Assembly: GCA_022794295.1 (NCBI GenBank)
Contig: JAAWEO010000001.1
Coordinates: 6,969 to 70,968 of the forward strand
Length of the DNA stretch: 64,000 bases
Direction of reading: 5' to 3'
From: Angelakisella sp.
GTDB lineage: Bacteria; Bacillota; Clostridia; Oscillospirales; Ruminococcaceae
In this document: positions 10,066 through 19,294 of the stretch, in pieces
Numbering within the stretch: the stretch's first letter is position 1
How the letters are laid out: each line of letters opens with the position of its first letter
Made by a program: the position numbers and the translations under genes
The notes under the pieces: model-generated
Database searches by the model: none
What the model was told of the DNA's origin: nothing
Seen by the model: only the letters and a program-made list of their open reading frames with translations

Positions 10066-10496
10066 AGGGAAAATATGATGATATCCTCCATCTGCCCCAC
10101 CATGTTTCTCCCACCCGCCGCAGGATGACCATGGCGGAACGGGCGGCGCAGTTTTCCCCCTTTGCGGCGCTTGTGGGATACGAGGAGGCGATCCGGGAAA
10201 CCGGCCGGCTGACAGGGCAGCAGGTGGAGCTCAGTGAGGAGGAGAAGGCCATACTGGACCAAAAACAGCAGATCATCCTGGCGGCACTGGAGCAGGGAGA
10301 GCGTCCGGAGATAACAGTCGTCTATTTTCAGCGGGATAAGAAGAAGGCTGGCGGAGAATACACAGATTTTACCGGACTGGTCAAACAGGGGAAGGAGGTC
10401 GAAAACGTTCTTCTTTTTACCGACGGAACAGAAATTCCGTTTTCTGATATTATTGAGATCAACAGCGAATGGCTTGAGGGGTATTTTGACCCATGA
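10062..10496 (+). CDS. YolD-like protein, copy 1
   Basis: YDDILHLPHH...ERAAQFSPFAAL; translationally coupled to the Y-polymerase. Confidence 0.85.
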   Translation: MKGKYDDILHLPHHVSPTRRRMTMAERAAQFSPFAALVGYEEAIRETGRLTGQQVELSEEEKAILDQKQQIILAALEQGERPEITVVYFQRDKKKAGGEYTDFTGLVKQGKEVENVLLFTDGTEIPFSDIIEINSEWLEGYFDP

Positions 10497-10592
10497 CTCC
10501 AGGGGCGCGCATTTGAGGGCCGCCGGTTCCGGGAAGCTCCTTTTTGCCTGGCGCGTTTCCCTGGAGGAAAAGAAAAACTGTACTGACACAGC

Positions 10593-10624
10593 AAAAAGCA
10601 CCAGTCATTTGACCGGTGCTTTTT
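10593..10624. terminator. Bidirectional intrinsic terminator near the probable left ICE boundary
   Basis: AAAAAGCACCAGTC-attt-GACCGGTGCTTTTT between convergent genes. Confidence 0.7.
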
Positions 10625-10790
10625 GTTTGTAACACCCGAACACTTTAGATGCAGTGTTCTTCACCCTCGCAAACCCGCTTGTTTCCAAGAATCGCGGCAA
10701 ACTCAGCCCAAAACCAATGTGCTGCTTGTGAAAGCCCTTCCATCACCGTATTATAAAGTTTTCAAAAAGCGAACTGACATGGGCGGCTTC

Positions 10791-11495
10791 TCAGACAATG
10801 CAGATACCCTCTGCACAGGCAACCTCCGCGGCCATTCCTGCTCTTACCGGAGAATTGCCGCTTGGAGATATCCGGCGATGCCCCCATATACTGTGGTACC
10901 GCCCATTTAACCCAAGCGTGATACCCTTTTGCCAAAAGAGGCGAAGTTTCCATAACCAATTATACCAAAGTCTTTCCAGAAAATCTACTATCAAAATTCT
11001 GCAATGGCAGATCCTTATCCGCAGGAACGATTTTGCAGGAAATTCTTTGCAGTCGCCCTCCTGTACTTCTTCCTCTATGCTGCTTGCCAGATGAGCGTCA
11101 GCGGCGATTTTCTCTACCAGCTCCGCTTTAGACCATCCGTATTTCTGAACTGCCAGCAGATACCAGCGCCGGGTATCCATCTCCAAGTCAGCTTCCATGA
11201 TGACAATATTCTGCGTCCAGCCAACCTTCATGGCCTGTTCCAAAATATCGGGACGCCCTTCATACATCCGAAAGAAGTCCCGCATCCGGCGCAGGTTACG
11301 AGGGGAGAAACCAGTCCGGTCGGGATAGCTGACGGTGATATATTCCGCTGCCATCACAGCGGCTCCTTTTTCCGGCCTGTCGCTCACCAGTCTGCCCAAC
11401 TCCAGATACAGTTCCACTTGGGGAAGATTACCGGCAAGCACTTTATCAATCCCAGCATAAAGGTCGCTGTAATCAATGCTCTTCCGAATATTCAT
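10791..11495 (-). CDS. DUF1016 N-terminal domain protein
   Basis: GFSPRNLRRMRDF and GWTQNIVI motifs. Confidence 0.75.
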   Translation of the reverse strand: MNIRKSIDYSDLYAGIDKVLAGNLPQVELYLELGRLVSDRPEKGAAVMAAEYITVSYPDRTGFSPRNLRRMRDFFRMYEGRPDILEQAMKVGWTQNIVIMEADLEMDTRRWYLLAVQKYGWSKAELVEKIAADAHLASSIEEEVQEGDCKEFPAKSFLRIRICHCRILIVDFLERLWYNWLWKLRLFWQKGITLGLNGRYHSIWGHRRISPSGNSPVRAGMAAEVACAEGICIV

Positions 11496-11601
11496 AGTCT
11501 CTCCTTTCCGGCGTCAAGCGCCAATTTTATTCAGCATGACAAAGAAAAAGGCGATAACCAATTAGGCTATCGCACTTTTCTCTGTTGTGCTGTTCTTTTA
11601 T

Positions 11602-13224
11602 TTATTCACTGATCTCCTGCTCGATCTGCACCCCGCCCCGGAGGCAGACGATGATCTTCTCCTTGGAGACTACCTTCACCATATCCACCAGCTGTCGGAT
11701 GGTACTTTCCTCCCACTCGGCGATCTCCACAGGCGCCTGCTCCAGCGCTGTGACTGCATTTTCGATCCGTAGGAAGGCTCCAGCGTTTTTTTCTCTCTGC
11801 TCTTGAATGAAAGTGCGTTTTTCTTTCAGTGCAGTTACTTCATCCAGCAGACCCTTTAGCTGTTCTTGGTATTTTTGCATATCGTTTTCGCTGGCAGCGA
11901 GAGCCACCAGCTTTCCCACCTGCTGATCGATTTCCCCCAGCCGGATTTCGATGCCGGCAAGGCTGATCCCCTCTCCGGGGAAGGGGATAACTTCCTGCTC
12001 CATCGCATTTGAGATTTCATGGATGAGGCTGTCCTTTTGGCTCATCCCCTTGTTCACCGCCGCCAGAATTGCCCTCTGGAGGGATCCTTCCTCCAGTGTC
12101 GGGGAGTGATGGCAGTACCTTGTGCCGTAGTCCAAGCGGCTCACACAGCGCCACACGATGCGGGTCACACCGTTGCGCTTCCAAGTGCATCGGCGGTAGC
12201 GTGTCCCACATTCCCCACAGATGAGCCGTTCGGTCAGTGCATATTTGCTGGCGTAGGAGGTCAGCCCTGTGGATGCCGCCTTGGTGGGGCTTTTCTCCGC
12301 TTTGCGCCTTACCATCTCCGCCTGGACAGTATCGTAGGTCCTGCGGTCCACGATACCCTTATGGTGGTTTTGGACCAGATACATAGGCAGCTGCCCGGTG
12401 TTCTTCACCGCCTTTTTGCTGATGCAGTCGGCGATGAAGGTCTTTTGCAGAAGGACATCCCCGCAGTATTTTTCGTTTGTCAGAATGCTGCGGATGGAGG
12501 CGATGCTCCATATGGTACCGCCGGTCACATTGAGGATGTTCTCCGATTCCAGCCAGTCCTTGATCTGCCGCAGGCTGGCTCCAGCGATGTAGCGTTTATA
12601 GATATTTCTTATGATCTCTGCCTGTTTGGGGATGACCTCCGGCTCTCCATCCTCGCCTTTCTGATAGCCATAGAGATATTTGTAGACCATGATGGCCTTG
12701 CCCTCCCGCATGGCTTGGCGCTTGCCCCAGCGGACATTGGCGGAGATGCTCTCGCTTTCCGCTTGGGCGAAAGCCCCCAGCATGGTGATGAGGATCTCGC
12801 TGTCCGAGTCGAGGGTGTTGATATTCTCCTTCTCGAAGATGACCGCGATGCCCTGCTCCTTCAAGAGCCGGATGTACTTGAGGCAATCCACCGTATTCCG
12901 GGCAAATCGGGAGATGGACTTGGTGAGGATAAGGTCAATTTTTTTCTGCCTGCACTGTCGGATCATCCGCAGGAACTCGGGGCGCTTTCGGGCGGATGTG
13001 CCGGTAATGCCCTCATCGGCGAAGATACCGGCCATGGTCCACTCAGGGTTTCCCATGATCTTATTGGTGTAGAAGCTCTTTTGGGCCTCGTAGCTGCTCT
13101 GCTGTTCTTCCTCTGCGGTGGATACCCGGCAGTAGGCGGCTACCCGCAGCTGGCGCTTTATCTCGGATTGGGCAGATCGGGCTTTGGCAGGGATCACGAT
13201 GACAGTGGGGGTGGCTATGGTCAT
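11602..13224 (-). CDS. Large serine recombinase
   Basis: AAYCRVST catalytic Ser, KSISRFARN, Zn-ribbon CGECG...WRC. Confidence 0.95.
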   Translation of the reverse strand: MTIATPTVIVIPAKARSAQSEIKRQLRVAAYCRVSTAEEEQQSSYEAQKSFYTNKIMGNPEWTMAGIFADEGITGTSARKRPEFLRMIRQCRQKKIDLILTKSISRFARNTVDCLKYIRLLKEQGIAVIFEKENINTLDSDSEILITMLGAFAQAESESISANVRWGKRQAMREGKAIMVYKYLYGYQKGEDGEPEVIPKQAEIIRNIYKRYIAGASLRQIKDWLESENILNVTGGTIWSIASIRSILTNEKYCGDVLLQKTFIADCISKKAVKNTGQLPMYLVQNHHKGIVDRRTYDTVQAEMVRRKAEKSPTKAASTGLTSYASKYALTERLICGECGTRYRRCTWKRNGVTRIVWRCVSRLDYGTRYCHHSPTLEEGSLQRAILAAVNKGMSQKDSLIHEISNAMEQEVIPFPGEGISLAGIEIRLGEIDQQVGKLVALAASENDMQKYQEQLKGLLDEVTALKEKRTFIQEQREKNAGAFLRIENAVTALEQAPVEIAEWEESTIRQLVDMVKVVSKEKIIVCLRGGVQIEQEISE

Positions 13225-13970
13225 GCGAGAACTCTCCTTTCGATAGTCTGGTTATTTTTTAAGCGGATGGTGATGGAATCGCTCTTGATTCTGATTTCTG
13301 ATATTGTGCTTTTCATCAGCTCAGCATCCAGTTCTTCCATCTTTTCTGCCTTGGCGAAGATGTGTCGGAGCCGCTGGGTTTCATATTCCTCGGCGGGGAT
13401 GGCTTCATATTTGGCTGCTGCGATTTGAAGGATCAGCTGACGGGCCTCATCTTCATCGATTGGCTGGCTTTCCATAACGGCTTCCAGCTCCGATTCCTGT
13501 TTTTCTGTGTGATGGAGAGCGATGACCTGTGCCGGTTGTTGGATGATCTCCGGTGATTCCACTAAGCTGTTCAGCAGGGTCAGGATCCGTCGCTCATCCT
13601 CCTTATTCACCTTTTGACCGCTTAGCCTGCGAAGGACCTTCTGCGCTTCGGTCAGCCAGGAAGGAAGCTGTTTGGTGCTGCGTTTTTGGGCGGCCTGCCG
13701 GAACAGGTCACTTTCGATGATCACAGGGCAGCCCTCTTTGCCGATATACCGCTCATCCTCCAAGATTCGGGCGACCATGTTTTTGTTCCACTGCCTGCCG
13801 GTATCGTAGGGGACAGGCTGGGCTTTCAGCATCCTCACCAGATTTAGGTAACTGGCCCCTGTGGTGTACTGCCGGAAGATGGCTGTCACGATCTCCGCTT
13901 CTCTTTGGTCAATGACCGCCTTGCCCTGCTCCATCCGGTAGCCGAAGGGGAACTTTCGATTCTTCACCAC
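13221..13970 (-). CDS. Recombinase-domain protein (middle gene of the triplet, no catalytic domain)
   Basis: PFGYRM...EAEIV...WNKNMVARILEDERYIG. Confidence 0.85.
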   Translation of the reverse strand: MVKNRKFPFGYRMEQGKAVIDQREAEIVTAIFRQYTTGASYLNLVRMLKAQPVPYDTGRQWNKNMVARILEDERYIGKEGCPVIIESDLFRQAAQKRSTKQLPSWLTEAQKVLRRLSGQKVNKEDERRILTLLNSLVESPEIIQQPAQVIALHHTEKQESELEAVMESQPIDEDEARQLILQIAAAKYEAIPAEEYETQRLRHIFAKAEKMEELDAELMKSTISEIRIKSDSITIRLKNNQTIERRVLA

Positions 13971-15553
13971 CGCACCGTCCTTTCTATGGCTTCCGGCAAC
14001 TCCAAGCCGTTTTTCAGCCGGAAGCGTATCCTTTCGTTGCTCTCCACGATGACCTTCTCCACCAGCTCCCCGAACAGGCCGCTGTCGAAGGACTCGAGGA
14101 AATCCGGCCCTGACTCCAGTACATCCAGCATTTCACTGGTATCCTGCAGGGTGGTGTCCTCGTCTGCGTCCAGCAGTCTGGCTTTCTCCTGCTTTGCTGC
14201 GCGGATCTGTACCCCGATGCTGTTCTGTTGGGATATGAAAATGTCAGGATCGATGAGCCCCTGCTTTTTCAGCTGGGACAGTATCTGATCCTGACTGGAT
14301 AGGTCGGCGATCCGCTTATTCAGTTCTACGATGTCCAAGCTCCACAGCATCCTGCGGTTGCGGATAGCTTGAATGGAGGCTTCAATCTGCGTGAGGATCT
14401 CGGGGTGGTGCTTTAGATTGTAGTACAGACGGAGGAAGGCTTTATAGAAGGTTTCCTGTGGAATTTGCTGAATCGGGCATCTTTCTTTTTCTGTATCATG
14501 GGTTCGGCAGGTCCAGTAAATCCTTCCGCCGCACAGCTTTTTTCGGAAAGCAGTTCCGCAGTGACCACAGTATATTTTCTGCGCCAAAGGCATCCCCTGT
14601 GTCCTTGCGGTCGTTACCTTTTTGCAACGCTGTTGGATCAACTGTTGGGCGTTCTCAAAAGTTTCTTTGCTGACGATAGGAGGATTGCTGCCGGGTACAA
14701 AGTATTGTGGGACATCGCCATGGTTTCGCTTTTTGATACGAGGGAAGGTGTCTGTTGTGAATCTCTTTTGCAGAAGCGCGTTTCCGACATATCGTTCATT
14801 TCGCAGGATATATCGAATGATGCCAGGTGTCCAGCTGGGCTTATCATTTCGCTTGGGGATGTCCATTGAAGCAATCTGAGCTGCAATTTTTTCACAACCC
14901 ACTCCAGAGAGAAACTGCCGGAAGATCAGCTGGACGATTTCCGCTTCTTGTGGGTGGATCTGCAGCTTTCCGTCAACCAGACGGTAACCGAAGGGAGCCT
15001 TGCAAGTGTTGAAGCTCCCGTTTTCCATCCGTTTCTGGTAGCTCCACCGCATATTACCGGAGATGCTCTGGCTCTCGGCCTGGGCGCAGGCGGCGAGGAC
15101 TGCGGTGAGCATTTCCCCCGTCATGGCGGAGGTGTCGATGCCTTGTTCCTCGAAGGTGATCCCGACACCCAACTGCTTCAGCTCCCGGATGGCCTCCAAA
15201 CACTCCTTAGTATTTCTGGCGAATCGGGAGACGGACTTGACCAGTACCCGGTCGATCTTTCCCTTCCGGCAGTCGGAGAGGAGCCGCTGGAACTCTTTTC
15301 GCTTCTCTGCGGATGTGCCGGTGATCCCCTCATCGGCGTAGAGGTCTACCATGATCCAGTTCTCCTTGCCGGAGATGAGGGTATTGTAGTAGTTCAGTTG
15401 GGCGGCGTAGGAGTGCAGTTGTTCCTCCGAGGAGGAGCTGACTCTGGCGTAGGCCGCGACCCGGAGTTTTGCGGTCTGAGGCCGCTCAGCGGCTTCAATG
15501 GTAATGACCCGCCGCAGGGCCGATGTGCCGTTGACCAGTTTGTTTTCTGCCAT
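13964..15553 (-). CDS. Large serine recombinase
   Basis: AAYARVSS, KSVSRFARN, CGHCG...WTC. Confidence 0.95.
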   Translation of the reverse strand: MAENKLVNGTSALRRVITIEAAERPQTAKLRVAAYARVSSSSEEQLHSYAAQLNYYNTLISGKENWIMVDLYADEGITGTSAEKRKEFQRLLSDCRKGKIDRVLVKSVSRFARNTKECLEAIRELKQLGVGITFEEQGIDTSAMTGEMLTAVLAACAQAESQSISGNMRWSYQKRMENGSFNTCKAPFGYRLVDGKLQIHPQEAEIVQLIFRQFLSGVGCEKIAAQIASMDIPKRNDKPSWTPGIIRYILRNERYVGNALLQKRFTTDTFPRIKKRNHGDVPQYFVPGSNPPIVSKETFENAQQLIQQRCKKVTTARTQGMPLAQKIYCGHCGTAFRKKLCGGRIYWTCRTHDTEKERCPIQQIPQETFYKAFLRLYYNLKHHPEILTQIEASIQAIRNRRMLWSLDIVELNKRIADLSSQDQILSQLKKQGLIDPDIFISQQNSIGVQIRAAKQEKARLLDADEDTTLQDTSEMLDVLESGPDFLESFDSGLFGELVEKVIVESNERIRFRLKNGLELPEAIERTVRW

Positions 15554-15635
15554 TTCTCTCCCTCCTTTCCAACCAACAATACCACAAAAGTTAAGGTAAA
15601 GCTATCACCAAAGGTAATGAAAATACCGCTGCAGA

Positions 15636-15788
15636 TCAGAGGAAAAGGACAATGTCAACATTGTTTTTCACAGCGATCCGGGCGGCGATTTTTCTGGCTT
15701 CTTTCTCTGTAATGAGGCTGTTTTTTACCAGATGCCGAAGCAGGTTGACGATGCCGCAGTAGTCCACATTCACATTTCTTTCTGTCAC
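15636..15788 (-). CDS. Small SHOCT-like protein
   Basis: GGAGG RBS and GTG start; LVKNSLITEKEA pattern; usual position upstream of recombinase triplets. Confidence 0.6.
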   Translation of the reverse strand: MTERNVNVDYCGIVNLLRHLVKNSLITEKEARKIAARIAVKNNVDIVLFL

Positions 15789-16415
15789 TTTGTAGCCTCC
15801 TTTTTCTTTCTGTCTTGATCTCACAAGAACAGGGGCCTCCTGCCTTTTTTCGTTGGACAGCCTATCGAGTTGGCTAAACGATAGGGCATGGAGACCCCTG
15901 TGGTTTCTAAAATCAAGAGCTTTTCCTGATTTTGGTTGCTTGCCCGTATTCGACACTACTCCCCCAGGCGTGGGCGGCACACAGCACCAGACTTGGCGTC
16001 TCGTCCGAGAATTTCACTCCCCCGAGGATCTCTCCGGGCTGCCCCCATTGCTTGAGGCTGTGGCTGGGCAGGGGTATCATTGTAGGTGGATGAGGTCATG
16101 GCGGGGATGCCTGCCACAGCATCCCTTGGGCTGGATGGATCCGCTCGCCGCCTTATTTGCCGCTTTGACAGAGGATTCAAAACTAAAGAGCTTTTTCTTC
16201 TCAGCTGGCTTTTCTTCTCTCTGCAGGTGGGTCTTGGCGCATCCTGGGCCCGGTCGCTTTTCCCTTCCGGGCTCATCCACTAAGCGTTGCGCTGCTGTCG
16301 GTTATTCGGTTTTCAAGGTTCGTGGCCAACTTCCTTGGCTCAATTTCTATTGTAATCGCTCGGAAAGAGGTTTTCAGTACCCTCGTAGCCACATTTGTGT
16401 GGCTTGTAGCCACAA

Positions 16416-16700
16416 TCACAGTTTTTGAACAAGCGCAGCAAGCTGTCCAACAGCCAAAGTTAGGTCATTTTTCAAGACTTCGTTCTCAGACCGACCAAAC
16501 AGGAGATAGTCAGTGGACACATCGAAGATGCTTGCGAATACGATCAAGAGATCAATCGAGCAGCAACGCTTTCCGTTCTCGATTTTTGCAATATGACTCC
16601 GCTCGGTACTCGCTCTTTCTGCCAGGGTTTCCTGTGTCATTCCTCTGGAAACTCGAAGCTGCTGGATCCTTTCGCCAAACGCTTTCTGGTCAAATCTCAT
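16416..16700 (-). CDS. XRE-family HTH regulator
   Basis: GERIQQLR...MTQETLAE...IENG...VSTDYLLFG. Confidence 0.88.
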   Translation of the reverse strand: MRFDQKAFGERIQQLRVSRGMTQETLAERASTERSHIAKIENGKRCCSIDLLIVFASIFDVSTDYLLFGRSENEVLKNDLTLAVGQLAALVQKL

Positions 16701-16917
16701 TGTAAAAATCCTTTCCGCTGGCCGGGAGCGGAAAGAACGGGATAAAAAAGGAGCCGCATGACGGTGACTGTCTTTGCCTAATACCGTAGAAACAAAAGCC
16801 TTATAGAAAGACTTCTGATTTCATGCGGCTTAGGAAGACAGCACCGTTCAGTGGCTCCATAGCACAGTCCATGTAGTTATTCTATTTTATAGGGCACCCG
16901 CCCTGGGGGAAACAATA

Positions 16918-17148
16918 TCAGATCCGCTTTCTTCTCATGCTGAGGACATCGAAAACAACTTCTTCTCCGCAGTGCTTGCATTTGGTCTGCACATGGCCCC
17001 TGGCGTCTTGAAACACAACGATGGCATTTCTCTGGCAATAGGGGCATTTGATGGTCCTGCGCTGCTGGGAGGCGATAGCTTCTCTTGCCCGGATGACCTT
17101 CGCCATCACCTCCGGGGGCGGAGCAGTTACTCTAATGTTCTTGTTCAT
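16918..17148 (-). CDS. Small Zn-ribbon protein
   Basis: CPYC...CKHC; probable ATG at 17148. Confidence 0.7.
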   Translation of the reverse strand: MNKNIRVTAPPPEVMAKVIRAREAIASQQRRTIKCPYCQRNAIVVFQDARGHVQTKCKHCGEEVVFDVLSMRRKRI

Positions 17149-17150
17149 CT

Positions 17151-17888
17151 TTAAGCCCACCTTATTTTTGGCGGTTCGCAGAATTCCCAGGAAGGATGAT
17201 CTTCCAGGTATCCCAGCTCTCTCAGTCGGATAACCATGGCGGATCGGGATGCCCCGAAGCTCTGGCAAAGATGATCCAGAACCTGCTGATCTGAGAAAGT
17301 GAATCTTCCCTGGTAATTTTTGAAGGGACTTTTCTTTCCCCACTGGCGGATCACGAAAGAAATCTCCCTCTGGGGCATAAGGATCGCCGCCCCCAGCACA
17401 TTGGCCTGCCATTCGTTCCAGTCCTCCCGGGTTTTCAGATCCCGCAGAGAGTATGCTTTTCGGGGGGAGTAGCTTTTTCGGCAGCTGCTCTTTATCTCCT
17501 CTGATTCCATCTGAAAGAGGATCTGGTGGGCGCACTCATGGGCGAGGGTAAATCGCCGCTTGCCGCACAGCCTTTTGACCTGTCCCGGCTGAATAAAGCT
17601 GTCATCCAAGACGACCTCTCCTTCCCGAAGGGGGATCGTCTGGATTCTGCCCTTTTCCTCCAGGATAAACTGGGTATCGGAATAAGCTGTAACCCCGCAG
17701 ACGCTTCCGTCCGAGGAGAGGTGAGCGAAGGACACCTGCAGGTCAAGGTATTCTTTGGCGAACTGGTCGATCATGGTCGGCAGGATGCTGTCCTTTTCTT
17801 CTTCTGGGTTGATCCCGAAAAAGAAGCGGTTAAAGTCATCTGTCACCGCCATCGCCATCTCCTCCAGCTTGGCATGAGATAGGATCAT
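17151..17888 (-). CDS. ImmA/IrrE-family metallopeptidase
   Basis: RFTLAHECAH, EWQANVLGAAILMP. Confidence 0.88.
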   Translation of the reverse strand: MILSHAKLEEMAMAVTDDFNRFFFGINPEEEKDSILPTMIDQFAKEYLDLQVSFAHLSSDGSVCGVTAYSDTQFILEEKGRIQTIPLREGEVVLDDSFIQPGQVKRLCGKRRFTLAHECAHQILFQMESEEIKSSCRKSYSPRKAYSLRDLKTREDWNEWQANVLGAAILMPQREISFVIRQWGKKSPFKNYQGRFTFSDQQVLDHLCQSFGASRSAMVIRLRELGYLEDHPSWEFCEPPKIRWA

Positions 17889-18145
17889 CTCCAGCCCCCC
17901 TTTGCTTCCACAAACCATTTGTCACTTCCGCTTTCGTGGAACAGAAAAGTTTCTTTTCCGCCGATCACCACCGTATAGCGGATCCCAAAACCTCCCACCT
18001 TTGCGGCGGCGCGGCACTTGCGCCTCAGCCTATCGACCTCAAAAGACTGCCCGTCCTCCCAGCGAATGAGCCGGGGCAGAAGGTTGCCCTCCGGATCTAC
18101 ATCCAGATTGACCGATACATATACTTTTCTTCGCTGTATTTCCAT
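17885..18145 (-). CDS. Conserved hypothetical protein
   Basis: AGGAGG RBS; coupled to the ImmA-like gene. Confidence 0.7.
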   Translation of the reverse strand: MEIQRRKVYVSVNLDVDPEGNLLPRLIRWEDGQSFEVDRLRRKCRAAAKVGGFGIRYTVVIGGKETFLFHESGSDKWFVEAKGGWR

Positions 18146-18192
18146 AGTGACCTCCTTGACATCCTTCCGGCTTCGTGATATGATTTCGTTGT

Positions 18193-18267
18193 AAACGTTT
18201 GTTCCTTGGCAGACCCATTATAATACGAACGAGCATTCTTTGTCAATGCTTTTGTGAATATTTGTTC
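18193..18267 (-). promoter_or_regulatory. Leftward sigmaA promoter with three LexA-box-like sites
   Basis: Minus-strand TTGACA (18246-18241)-N18-TATAAT (18222-18217); AAAC-N4-GTTC 18193-18204, GAAC-N4-ATTC 18227-18238, GAAT-N4-GTTC 18256-18267. Confidence 0.72.
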
Positions 18268-18292
18268 GGAAATTTCGAGGAGGGCCTTCAAA

Positions 18293-18721
18293 ATGGATTT
18301 TAAGCATCGCCTGAAGCAAAGAAGGACGGAGTTATCGATGACTCAGACGGAACTGGCCCAAAAGACCGGCGTCACCCTTCGGACAATACAGTATTACGAA
18401 AATGGGGATCGCAGCCCTGCCAACATTGAGATTGCGCAGAAACTGGCGGTCGCGCTGGATACCAATGTGGAATATCTTTTGGGCAGCGGCGGCAAGCTGG
18501 TGGTGATGGCCCATGAGCAGGGCGGCGCAAAAGCCGCCAAAGATGTCGATGAGCTGGTCAGCGAGGTACAGGGGCTCTTTGCCGGGGGCCGCTTAGATGA
18601 TGAAGCGATGGATGGCGTGATGGAAGCTCTGTTCACCGCTTATATGATGGCGAAAAAGAAAAACCGGAAATACACGCCGAAGAAGTATCGAAAAGATAAA
18701 CCGGAAGAACCAAAGGCGTGA
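18293..18721 (+). CDS. XRE-family repressor (ImmR-like)
   Basis: RLKQRR...MTQTELAQKTGVTLRTIQYYENG; GAGGAGG RBS. Confidence 0.88.
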   Translation: MDFKHRLKQRRTELSMTQTELAQKTGVTLRTIQYYENGDRSPANIEIAQKLAVALDTNVEYLLGSGGKLVVMAHEQGGAKAAKDVDELVSEVQGLFAGGRLDDEAMDGVMEALFTAYMMAKKKNRKYTPKKYRKDKPEEPKA

Positions 18722-18767
18722 AATATTCCTAATTTTTGATCCCTCACCGGATACAGGAGGTGGGACA

Positions 18768-19277
18768 GTGAATTCTGAATATCTTTATGAGGCCGGCAGC
18801 CGCATTGTAAAACGCTGTGGAAATAGGGATCCTTTTGCGATTGCAGAAAATCTGGGGATAGAGGTCATATACTGCAACCATTTTGGCCCTCTCAAAGGGA
18901 TGTATCGTGTCGTGAAACGATGCCGCTTTATTTTTATCAACAATGCTCTGTCGGAGCGAATGCAGAAGATCGTCTGCGCCCATGAGATCGGTCATGACCA
19001 ACTTCATCGTCATCTGGCAAAGGGTGGGGCGATCCGGGAGTTTATGCTGTACGATATGACCATCCGGCCCGAATACGAGGCAAATGTGGTAGCGGCAGAT
19101 ATGCTTTTGGATACAGAGGAAATACTGGAATATATTTATGAGGATCACTACTCTGTGGAGCAGATCACCAAGGCGATGGGAACTGACCAGAATCTGGTGG
19201 CACTGAAGATCGAGTGTCTGGTCAACGCTGGATATGAGCTGCCCAAAATGGCCCACCGAAGTGATTTCTTGGCTTAA
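18768..19277 (+). CDS. ImmA/IrrE-family metallopeptidase
   Basis: RDPFAIAE, CAHEIGH, EYEANVVAA. Confidence 0.88.
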   Translation: MNSEYLYEAGSRIVKRCGNRDPFAIAENLGIEVIYCNHFGPLKGMYRVVKRCRFIFINNALSERMQKIVCAHEIGHDQLHRHLAKGGAIREFMLYDMTIRPEYEANVVAADMLLDTEEILEYIYEDHYSVEQITKAMGTDQNLVALKIECLVNAGYELPKMAHRSDFLA

Positions 19278-19294
19278 CGGGGAATACTGACACT

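Noticed and set aside
10625-10790. Possible tRNA target or att site at the ICE left end
   Set aside because: No tRNA fold is visible and the partner att site is outside the window, so the boundary cannot be fixed
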